Origin: a virus
Length of the DNA: 64,000 bases
IMG/VR virus record: IMGVR_UViG_3300025759_000073
Coordinates: 1-64,000 of that record
Direction: 5' to 3' (one strand)
In this document: positions 8,254 to 16,518 of the stretch, piece by piece
How positions within the stretch are numbered: the first letter of the stretch is position 1
Layout of the letters: every line of letters begins with the position of its first letter
Notes under the pieces: model-generated
Databases searched by the model: none
What the model was told of the DNA's origin: nothing
What the model saw: the letters and a program-made list of their open reading frames with translations, nothing else
Made by a program: the position numbers and the translations under genes

Positions 8254-11200
8254 TTACTTGTTGAATACATCTGCAAAAAGTTCTCTGAATTTTTTCATCA
8301 ACTCTCGTCTTGTAGCATCTTTATCAGGAACTTGTCTTGTCTTAGTTACATTTTTGTATTGAAGAGTGCGAGCGTAGGGGCTAGTAGGTGTAACAGTCTG
8401 CACCTCCGTATATTTCTCCTTTCTAGTTAAGAGCTTCCCTTTCAAAATGTTATTAACTTGCTGATCAATACTATCCAAGTTTTGGAACTTGTTTAATTTA
8501 TTGCCGGCATTTTCTATAGCGCCTGAGCCGAATTTAACCCTAGGGCCTACCCCAAAGCCAACCCAAATAGCTTTAAAAGAGGTATTATAAGCGCCTCCCT
8601 CAAAAGAATTTGAAACTTCTGTGATCACATAATAACCACCCAAACCCAAACTCAAAGCAGTAGATGAATTCTTTGAAATAGAGTCCGCGTTAACATAAAC
8701 CATTTGGCCGGGGACAAAAGCAGAGTTGCCAAATAATTCAACTTGAATATTATAGATTCTTCTAAACAATTCTAATTTTGTATTTGGATTAGATTTAGTT
8801 AAGTTTACTTCTTCAAGATACTTTTGATCTGCTTTGGAAAAGTTGATAGTTTTTACCAAGCCATTGTCGCGACCCAAGAAAAGATGAAAGATGCCAGCTT
8901 TTGTGTCCCTTACGATATTTGACCGCCTATCCCCCAAGAAAGAATTTCTGGCACTTATAAAAAGATAGTTATAGATACTAGCATTTGAATTAAATTCACC
9001 CCTATCTCTATCAAAGTTTGCCAACACTTGCATATCCGGCTTTCCTCTAAGATCTGAATAGGGTCTTGTTGCGAGCTTTACCCCTCCAAACTGCCGAACT
9101 ATCGGGTCAAGTTCACTATTCAAATTTTGATAGTTAGTCCTTAGTTGTGGTTTAGGAAAACTTTTAAAGGATGCGTCTTGTCTTCTAAAGCAGTTTGTGC
9201 CAACAGAAGAAACAATCAATTCTGACACAAAGCGATTGAATAATCTTAGTAAACTTATTGAAGAAGCCCCGGTGTCTATCATATTTCTTAAAAACCAAGC
9301 ATTAAAGTATTTTAAAGAAACAGGTAAGTCATTTAAACTAACTGTAGTTGTCCTAGAGGAGCCGTTTCTAAGATAAGACAACAGCTTTATATTTCCAAAA
9401 GCAATTCTAGAATAAGAGAGAAAAGCATCAATCTCATCTTTTCTAGCAATCATTGACTTTGACTCCGTACAAGCATCGATAATAGCATCAAAAATATCTC
9501 CAATTGTGGTATATTGTATGATATATGTGGTTTCTTTTCCAATGCTTGTTGTGGCTGTTTTGTTTATAATTTTTTGTATTTCTTTTTTTAAATTCTTTGT
9601 TCTTAAATTTATATTCCCTGTTCTTAAATTCTTTGCCAAATCGCCTAAGCTAGCTATCAATTCTTTAATCAGTGATTCATCCGAGGGAGAAGGTTTAAAA
9701 AAAGCTTCATACTTTTTTTCTTTCTTGGGTTTGCTTAAAAAAGATTTGTAAGATTCTGATGTGATTAATTTTTTAATATCTTCTTTTTCAAAAAACTGTT
9801 TAAGATTTGTTAAGCCAGTAATATGAGCTAGCTCTTGTATATCGACTGTCACTTCCCTGATGGAGTTGAGATATTTTTCACCCCCGTTATCAAACATGGT
9901 TGCCCTAGGGCCATCGTAACCTTCGACTTTTTTTCCTCTTGCTAATATCTGATTGATCAGTTGTAAGGTTGTTGTTTTGGAAGCTATTTTTTTCAAACTA
10001 TCAGCATCCAAAGTCTTTCTCATCATTCTAAGTTTTTGTTGGTGGTTGTCATATTTGATCTGTGTGCTATAGCTGTTAGCCACGTTTTGATCGTTTGTGG
10101 CGGTGTTTCTATCAATTTTAATCCCGTCTCTACCAAGACTACCAAAAATACCATCTAAAAACGAAGAAGAAGATGACGGCTTAGGTGGTGTCAATTTCTC
10201 ATATGCTTTCAATATTTTATTACCGGTAGATTTTAGCCTTTGTATATATTGCTTCCTATCGTTCTCTTTTACAAATTCTTTTTGCACCTCTCTGTAGGCT
10301 GATGGGCCTAAGTCATTATAAAGCATAATTTTTGACATTCTTTCTTCAAAATAACCAACATATCTGATTGTCATATAAATCATACCAGTCTGATCAAATT
10401 CAATATCCTGAGAGGTAAACTTCAAATTCAAGATTTTGTTGCTTCTTTCAATTGCTCTTGTTATTTTTTTATATCTTTCTTCGTTTCTAACAATTGTTTT
10501 GAAGTTTTTATCTGGGACTTCATAACCAACTGACAAAACAATGTTGTATGAAGTGTCCACTTCTCTCTTGAAATCTGGAATTAGATCGATGTATGGCGGG
10601 GCAATCGTTCCCGGAGCGCCGTTAGAAAGAAGTGTTTCAATCGAAGAAAAGAAAAACTTGATCTGGACATCTACCAACCTTTCTGCTTCCGCGGGGTTTT
10701 TTCCCATCAAGTTCCAATTGCAACTAACAATTCCTGCTTCTTGGACGCGGTCTCTCCTACCAGTTATGATAGCTTCTATATCTGCATTGTCTTGAAAATT
10801 TTCAAATTTAAATTCTAGAATTTCTTGTTTAGTTTTTACTTTTTTAAGTCTTTTTTCTAATTTGTCACGCTGATCATATGTTTTCTTCATTCTTGTGAGG
10901 TCTGCAAAGCGTCCTTTCTTCTCTTCTCTTGTTAGAGACGCATTTTTTGATTTAATCTTCTTTTGTAACTTTTTAACTATCTGCTCACCATCAAAAACGC
11001 GAAATAGCCTAATTTTTGGAGCTAAATAAGATATTTCTTCTTCGTCCAAGTCCATAAAGGTTTGCATTTCAGAACCAACAAAAACAGTTCCTATAACTTC
11101 TTCTAAAATATCTTCGTCTGTTCCAAGTGATATATGATGTTTGTTTAAGCACTTGTAAAGCGTGTGTTCATCGCCTTTTGTCTCTCTGGTCGCATTAGAA

Positions 11201-11298
11201 TCAACTAAAGTTGCTACATTTCCAACCAAGAGGCATTGCTCTGCTCTGTGGATTCTGGAAGAAAGTTTGTTTTTGTTAATTTTTTTATCGTCTGCCAT
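8254..11298 (-). CDS. putative baseplate hub protein (gp27/late control D-like C-terminus)
   Basis: C-terminal VELFGN..FVPGQMVYV...GGYYVITEVSNSF...YNTSF; lies after tape measure and LysM-like gene. Confidence 0.65.
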   Translation of the reverse strand: MADDKKINKNKLSSRIHRAEQCLLVGNVATLVDSNATRETKGDEHTLYKCLNKHHISLGTDEDILEEVIGTVFVGSEMQTFMDLDEEEISYLAPKIRLFRVFDGEQIVKKLQKKIKSKNASLTREEKKGRFADLTRMKKTYDQRDKLEKRLKKVKTKQEILEFKFENFQDNADIEAIITGRRDRVQEAGIVSCNWNLMGKNPAEAERLVDVQIKFFFSSIETLLSNGAPGTIAPPYIDLIPDFKREVDTSYNIVLSVGYEVPDKNFKTIVRNEERYKKITRAIERSNKILNLKFTSQDIEFDQTGMIYMTIRYVGYFEERMSKIMLYNDLGPSAYREVQKEFVKENDRKQYIQRLKSTGNKILKAYEKLTPPKPSSSSSFLDGIFGSLGRDGIKIDRNTATNDQNVANSYSTQIKYDNHQQKLRMMRKTLDADSLKKIASKTTTLQLINQILARGKKVEGYDGPRATMFDNGGEKYLNSIREVTVDIQELAHITGLTNLKQFFEKEDIKKLITSESYKSFLSKPKKEKKYEAFFKPSPSDESLIKELIASLGDLAKNLRTGNINLRTKNLKKEIQKIINKTATTSIGKETTYIIQYTTIGDIFDAIIDACTESKSMIARKDEIDAFLSYSRIAFGNIKLLSYLRNGSSRTTTVSLNDLPVSLKYFNAWFLRNMIDTGASSISLLRLFNRFVSELIVSSVGTNCFRRQDASFKSFPKPQLRTNYQNLNSELDPIVRQFGGVKLATRPYSDLRGKPDMQVLANFDRDRGEFNSNASIYNYLFISARNSFLGDRRSNIVRDTKAGIFHLFLGRDNGLVKTINFSKADQKYLEEVNLTKSNPNTKLELFRRIYNIQVELFGNSAFVPGQMVYVNADSISKNSSTALSLGLGGYYVITEVSNSFEGGAYNTSFKAIWVGFGVGPRVKFGSGAIENAGNKLNKFQNLDSIDQQVNNILKGKLLTRKEKYTEVQTVTPTSPYARTLQYKNVTKTRQVPDKDATRRELMKKFRELFADVFNK

Positions 11299-11300
11299 TT

Positions 11301-11645
11301 TTAAAACCCGTACTGTTCAATTAAAAAGTCAATTTCAACTGGAACTAATATTTTATCACCTGCTTTAAAATGAAATTCGGTTGGTTTATTATTGAAGAGT
11401 GGGATGATCCACCAATAATCAACATTTCCATAATAAAGATCTGCCAATTTATAAAACTTGTCCCCTCTTTTCCATTCGTGTTCATAATAAGAAAGAAGAC
11501 TTTCAACACTTTCTGGGATGGGATTAAAGCGCAGGTTTGAAGAAAACTGAATTGCTTCCATATTCCTTCTTTCGCTGATTTGTTTAAACATATCAAACTT
11601 TGTTACAAAAAGGCTACCTCTTGCTTCTTCTTTATTCCTAGGCAT
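11301..11645 (-). CDS. LysM-like baseplate protein (gp53/tail X-like)
   Basis: GDKFYKLADLYYGNVDYWWII..FN...AGDKILVP. Confidence 0.8.
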   Translation of the reverse strand: MPRNKEEARGSLFVTKFDMFKQISERRNMEAIQFSSNLRFNPIPESVESLLSYYEHEWKRGDKFYKLADLYYGNVDYWWIIPLFNNKPTEFHFKAGDKILVPVEIDFLIEQYGF

Positions 11646-12580
11646 TATTTTTTCAACCTCTTGATATTTCTTTGGGCTCCATATGGGAAATGTTGGAACC
11701 TTCTACTTTTGTTTTTAAATTTTCTGTTTATCTTCTTTGCATCTGTTTTAACCGAATACCTATCAGATTCCCCTAGATCGTGGTTGTGAATTACTGTATA
11801 GGTGGTTGCCAGTGAAATTTTTGTTGGCAAAACGGCAACACCACAATTTATAGAGCGAATAAGAGAACCTTCATCGTGAATGTGATTATCAACAGTCAAA
11901 GAGCCCGGAGCAACAATAATACCGTGTGTTTTTGCCGTTCCGTGAGTGTATCCAAACTTTATAAGGTTGGATTTTTTTGGAGCTTTGTCCGCACCAAGAT
12001 ACAAATTGGATAACCTCACTTCTCTCAAGTCGAACTCTTTTATCCCAAGACCTCCAAATGGAGTTCTACCCTCTTTCTTTCTAGATGGTCCAACTCCAAT
12101 AGAGTTTAAATCACGATCGGTGTCCGCTTCTTCTTCTACTTTTTGGAAAGCAGATCTGGAAGAGTCTGCAATAAGGTTGATAAACTTCATTTTCAAAAGC
12201 GGAGGTGCGCCAACAACTGAAACAGAGTAGCTTGTTCTTCCACTTCCGTACACATATTCGTTGTAACGAGGGTACATCATTTGAATGTATTTTTGAACTC
12301 TTTGAAGGTTTGTGTATGCTTCTGCTTCTGTTTCTGCCACGACATCCCACCCCAAGGAGATTGTTCTTTTAGTTCCTTTGTAAATTGTAATTGGGTCTAG
12401 TCGTCCATACACATCAACAGGATCAAAAGAAGTGTCATAAGTTTCATTATAGTTTGTTATATATGCTTTAAACTTGATTGATTTATTTGTTGGAATGTGA
12501 TAAAACTCTAAGTATATTCCATTGTTAGAGAAGATATCTGTTCCACCTATTTTTAAACCATCTTTAAATTCTTTTGCCAC
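11645..12580 (-). CDS. putative tail tube initiator/baseplate protein
   Basis: KFKAYIT...VYGRLDPI..YKGTKRTISLGW...PPLL; typical position directly after tape measure. Confidence 0.6.
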   Translation of the reverse strand: MAKEFKDGLKIGGTDIFSNNGIYLEFYHIPTNKSIKFKAYITNYNETYDTSFDPVDVYGRLDPITIYKGTKRTISLGWDVVAETEAEAYTNLQRVQKYIQMMYPRYNEYVYGSGRTSYSVSVVGAPPLLKMKFINLIADSSRSAFQKVEEEADTDRDLNSIGVGPSRKKEGRTPFGGLGIKEFDLREVRLSNLYLGADKAPKKSNLIKFGYTHGTAKTHGIIVAPGSLTVDNHIHDEGSLIRSINCGVAVLPTKISLATTYTVIHNHDLGESDRYSVKTDAKKINRKFKNKSRRFQHFPYGAQRNIKRLKK

Positions 12581-12598
12581 TTCTCTGTTCCTTTATGC

Positions 12599-14713
12599 TT
12601 ATGAAGAAAAACCACCAGCAAGAGTCATTTTTACACTATTCAATTTTGCAATTTCATTGCCTAATTTCTTAATTGTTTTTTCCAAATCTTCTTTGCTTTT
12701 GTCTAAGTTTGCAAAGTCAATAGTTACCTTGTAATCTAAGTCGCCAACAACTCTAATTTCATTTAGATTGACGGTTAGCTTTTCTGCTTCTGCGTTTTTC
12801 AACTTTTTCACCGTGTTTACTAACTTTGTTGCTTTTTCTAGTCGACCACCAGCGCCAAACATTCCGCCGATTGCTGAAACTGCCCCCCCTGCCAATGTCA
12901 AAATCCCAGACATAGTTGTCAGGCCAGCAATACCAGCAAAAAGAATTCCTAATTCCTTAACAACATTAAATGCTCCACCCGCTTTTGATAAAGCTTCCAT
13001 CAAGGGAGTTAGACCTTCACTAAGTTTTTTAAAGCCAATACCCAAAGCAGGCATAACTACAGCGCCTAAGAAGTATAAAGCAGTTCCAGCAACTGCCAAC
13101 CCTAAAGCAACAATTCCTAACCCTTTAAGAGCCGCTAGCCCGCCTGCGGCTGCTGCACCGCCTGCGGCTGCACCACCTGCGGCACCGGCAAATCCCAGAG
13201 AACCAAGTAACGCACCAATACCGGTCAAAGCTAGTTTGATGGCCACCAAAGATCCGAGCAGTATCCCCAAGCCAACAGCCAAAGCACGACCTGATTGATC
13301 TGCTTTTTTAAACCCTTCCATTAATCCTGCTAAAAACTTTGCAACTTTTGCAAGAAAATCAATAACAGGCTTGAAGGCGAATGCCAAGTTTTGCATTGCC
13401 ATTTTAAATTGTTCTGAAACTTTTTGTGTTGCTGTTATTCTTTCTTTCATTTCTTCTGCCGAAAGACCAAACTTCTCACCTTGCTTTGTTAGCCTTTCTA
13501 ATTCTTCTGCTTCTTTTTCCTGTTCTGTTCTCAAAAGCTTTTGTGCTTCTGCGACAGAAGAAAGCCCAAGCGACTGTGCGACAAACTTTTTCTCAAAACG
13601 AGAAAGATCTTGGAACCTTTTGCCTGAAAGTGCAATACCTTGACGGATAATATCAACCCTTTCGGACTCCGATGCTCTCAAAAGCTCCAAGGAGTTGAAA
13701 TAGTTGCCACCCAAAGCAGCATTCAACTTTCCAACAGCAGAAGCAGCGCCTTCAAATGTATCAAACTGTTCTGCGAATGCTCTTAGTTTTGACAATTCCA
13801 AGCCTGTTTTCTTTGATTGAATTGCCAATTCTTTGAAAACTTGAATTGCCTTGCCTTTTGTGTGAGCAGCCAAAGATTCCATTGCTGGTCCGAAATCAGA
13901 GTCAATCATTTTTTTGAACCTAGGCCCCAATGCAGAACCCAACCCAAGCAGTTCCTTTTGGGCCTCCATTGCTTGGTCTTGGGTCATTCCCAAGCCTTGA
14001 ACTCCCATCTCCAAGTTCTTTATGAAATTATCCATACCAAGCCGGCTCATTTGACTAGCTAGAGTGCCAATTTCTTTTCTTGTGCTAGCACTTAATGATC
14101 CAAAGGAAGTAAGCTCTCCGGCGGCTGCGTTGAATGATTCTCCAAACTCTTTCATTGTCACACCGGAAAGAGATGCCTGATTCATTCCGTCTGCTAGTTC
14201 TTGATTGTATCTAGACAAGCCACCAGTTAACTTTGCAAGGGCTGCTCTTTGCTCATCATAAGTTTTTGTCGCTGCGATGCTTAGATTAATAAGGTAATTT
14301 AAACCTTTTCCTAGTGCCTCATATGGATTTTTAAGGGCTCCCATTGCCTTTTCTAGCTTTTTATAAACATCTATCTGATTTAAAGTTGTTTTAAAGTTTC
14401 TTTCTTTTGATTCCTGTAAAGCTTCTTCTGATTTTTTAAGTTTTTCGTTGGCTTTTTCTAGTTTTTCATCAAGTTCAAGAATTTCTTTAAGTTTTTTTGT
14501 TCTTTCTTCGTCGTTTTCTGCTGTTTTAGCATCTAGTTTAAGAATTTGTATTTGATTTTCTATTTGTTTAACTTGATTATCCAGTAATTTTTTCTGCACC
14601 TCTGCGGTTTGCTTGGCATTTTTAAGCTTTTCTTCCCGCAGTTCCAAAAGTTTTTTTTCTTCTGCGGCCGCTCTTTTTAGATCTTCTATTTCTTTTATAT
14701 AATCTTCAGCCAT
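12599..14713 (-). CDS. tape measure protein
   Basis: 704 aa, Ala/Gly/Leu-rich helical coiled coil with hydrophobic C-terminal segments; follows tube and chaperone genes. Confidence 0.8.
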   Translation of the reverse strand: MAEDYIKEIEDLKRAAAEEKKLLELREEKLKNAKQTAEVQKKLLDNQVKQIENQIQILKLDAKTAENDEERTKKLKEILELDEKLEKANEKLKKSEEALQESKERNFKTTLNQIDVYKKLEKAMGALKNPYEALGKGLNYLINLSIAATKTYDEQRAALAKLTGGLSRYNQELADGMNQASLSGVTMKEFGESFNAAAGELTSFGSLSASTRKEIGTLASQMSRLGMDNFIKNLEMGVQGLGMTQDQAMEAQKELLGLGSALGPRFKKMIDSDFGPAMESLAAHTKGKAIQVFKELAIQSKKTGLELSKLRAFAEQFDTFEGAASAVGKLNAALGGNYFNSLELLRASESERVDIIRQGIALSGKRFQDLSRFEKKFVAQSLGLSSVAEAQKLLRTEQEKEAEELERLTKQGEKFGLSAEEMKERITATQKVSEQFKMAMQNLAFAFKPVIDFLAKVAKFLAGLMEGFKKADQSGRALAVGLGILLGSLVAIKLALTGIGALLGSLGFAGAAGGAAAGGAAAAGGLAALKGLGIVALGLAVAGTALYFLGAVVMPALGIGFKKLSEGLTPLMEALSKAGGAFNVVKELGILFAGIAGLTTMSGILTLAGGAVSAIGGMFGAGGRLEKATKLVNTVKKLKNAEAEKLTVNLNEIRVVGDLDYKVTIDFANLDKSKEDLEKTIKKLGNEIAKLNSVKMTLAGGFSS

Positions 14714-14755
14714 CTGACAAAGTTCCTTAAATTAATCATTCCTATAGAACACACA

Positions 14756-14763
14756 ATAAATAG
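14756..14763 (-). promoter_or_regulatory. candidate late promoter motif CTATTTAT
   Basis: Intergenic copy 43 nt upstream of the tape measure start. Confidence 0.6.
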
Positions 14764-14776
14764 ATGAGAAGTAAGA

Positions 14777-14974
14777 TTATTTAGATTTGTAGGATTTTTC
14801 GATTTGTTCGTTCTGGCGTTCGATCTCTTCATTCAATCTTTGAAGAAACCATCTTCTGAGGGTGATAGGCAGGTTGTAAAGTTCAAAAAGGGACCATCCA
14901 CCGTGATACTTCAAGAGGAACATCTCTTCGTATACGTGTTGGATGTATTCGTCACTTAGGCCAAAAAAAGTCAA
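14777..14974 (-). CDS. small tail assembly chaperone ORF (probable frameshift extension)
   Basis: YEEMFLLKYHGGWS..ELYNLPI.LRRWFL; only a TTG start, overlapping the upstream stop across a T7 run. Confidence 0.7.
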   Translation of the reverse strand: MTFFGLSDEYIQHVYEEMFLLKYHGGWSLFELYNLPITLRRWFLQRLNEEIERQNEQIEKSYKSK

Positions 14975-15791
14975 CGGTGAGAGGTACCTCGATGACCTCT
15001 AGATGCTCGCACTCCCTACATTCAAACTCTGTAACCATTTGAACATCTGGTGCTAATTTATCATAAACCTTTCTTAAGAACCTTGCATCCGAAGCTGGCA
15101 TATGATCAACAAAGAACTCAATCTTTTTCTTGTCTTCGTCACCGTTGAGAGCAACGATTGTTTCTTTTAATTGATCTGTCAAGGTTGTGTTTTTCTTTTT
15201 CTTTGAATTAAAATCAAAGTTTTTCAAGATCTTCTTTTCTTCCTTGCCTGTCAAAAGCTTCACTTCACAAGTATACTTAACCAAGGGAAGTTGAACAAGA
15301 AAAGTGCCTCTTTCTGTTTTTTGGATCTCTTCCAACTCTTGGCTTTCTTTTGTTTGAAGACATTCTTCAATGTCGTACTCTTTCTTTTCTTTTGCGCCGC
15401 AATTGGGACAAGTTATCTCAACTGTATAGTCCGCTCCATATCCTGCAACTCTGGCATTCAAAAGAATAGCATTTTTGTCTCCAACAAGAAGGTCGTCAAC
15501 CCTCAATCTTTTATCAACCAAAAGAGATTGAATCAAACGATCCAAAACCACTTTCTTTTTGATCAAATCAGGGTTCGTCAAAAGGTCTTCATCTTTAGCT
15601 GTCATCATTCTGATTTCAACTGCGTCAAGACCGTGGAGAGGGTGCCCTTCCAAATAAAACTCTCCCTTGGAAGGAAGTTCAACAAACATTGTAGGAAGGA
15701 CAAAGGAAAATTGATTTTCTGCAAAGGCAGGAGCCGGCGCTTCACTGGTAGGGTGAGCGCCAAGCCGTTCTGAATTGTTTCTTAAAGACAT
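14952..15791 (-). CDS. tail/baseplate assembly chaperone (T4 gp26-like)
   Basis: VELPSKG.FY, MTAKDEDLL, LLVGDKNAIL..AR..GYG, CPNC and CREC zinc motifs; ends FFWP. Confidence 0.8.
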   Translation of the reverse strand: MSLRNNSERLGAHPTSEAPAPAFAENQFSFVLPTMFVELPSKGEFYLEGHPLHGLDAVEIRMMTAKDEDLLTNPDLIKKKVVLDRLIQSLLVDKRLRVDDLLVGDKNAILLNARVAGYGADYTVEITCPNCGAKEKKEYDIEECLQTKESQELEEIQKTERGTFLVQLPLVKYTCEVKLLTGKEEKKILKNFDFNSKKKKNTTLTDQLKETIVALNGDEDKKKIEFFVDHMPASDARFLRKVYDKLAPDVQMVTEFECRECEHLEVIEVPLTVDFFWPK

Positions 15792-15817
15792 TAATCACCT
15801 CATAAGTCTATTTTATT

Positions 15818-16474
15818 TTAAGTGTCCGAGGGAAGGTCACCGCTCATAGTTCTTGCGCGGCTTACTTGTCGGTCTGCATCGGAAGTGAGACCTCCGTAAG
15901 ATTGGTCAAGAGAGCCTCGAAGTCCCGGCTGAATTTCCGCCCAATCATAACGAATGTCGATATTGGGCATAACAAACTCTTCTACATTGTAATCAAAATC
16001 CCCACCAAAGTTAACTTTCGTGATAAAAGGATTGTGGAATGTGTAAGTTTCCAAAACGCGATTCTCTGCATCCAATTGGAAGACCTCCAAGTTGCTCATA
16101 GCGACCACTGCCTTCCCTTTTGTAATTCCGATGGTTGCATCGGGCAAGCTTTTTGGGTAAATATAACCAGCAGCATAAACTGCATTTTGAAGAAACAAAG
16201 CAGCGTTTTGAACATCTCCTTCGTCTGCATAATCTCTTGCGATATCCATAAATTCAATGTTAACAACATTCCATTGCTGAGTTCCAACGGGAAAATGAAA
16301 CTCATGACCCAAGATCTTGTGCTGTTTGTCCGCCATTGTAAGTTCGGGTCGGGTAACTTTCCTTAACAGGTAGGGATAAAGAACCCTACCATTCCCAACC
16401 TCTGCGACAAACTTGAATTGACGCTTTGGCTGAATTGTGCTTTGGTGCCAAAATCTATTCTTTGCTCTAGCCAT
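15818..16474 (-). CDS. tail tube protein (gp19-like)
   Basis: QPKRQFKF...W..VNIEF.D...QLD...E.YTF.NPFIT.VNFG.DFDY...IRYDWA; directly after sheath. Confidence 0.8.
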   Translation of the reverse strand: MARAKNRFWHQSTIQPKRQFKFVAEVGNGRVLYPYLLRKVTRPELTMADKQHKILGHEFHFPVGTQQWNVVNIEFMDIARDYADEGDVQNAALFLQNAVYAAGYIYPKSLPDATIGITKGKAVVAMSNLEVFQLDAENRVLETYTFHNPFITKVNFGGDFDYNVEEFVMPNIDIRYDWAEIQPGLRGSLDQSYGGLTSDADRQVSRARTMSGDLPSDT

Positions 16475-16518
16475 TTATTCATATTCTCCTACTTTTATTA
16501 TTAACTAGTTCTTTTATA

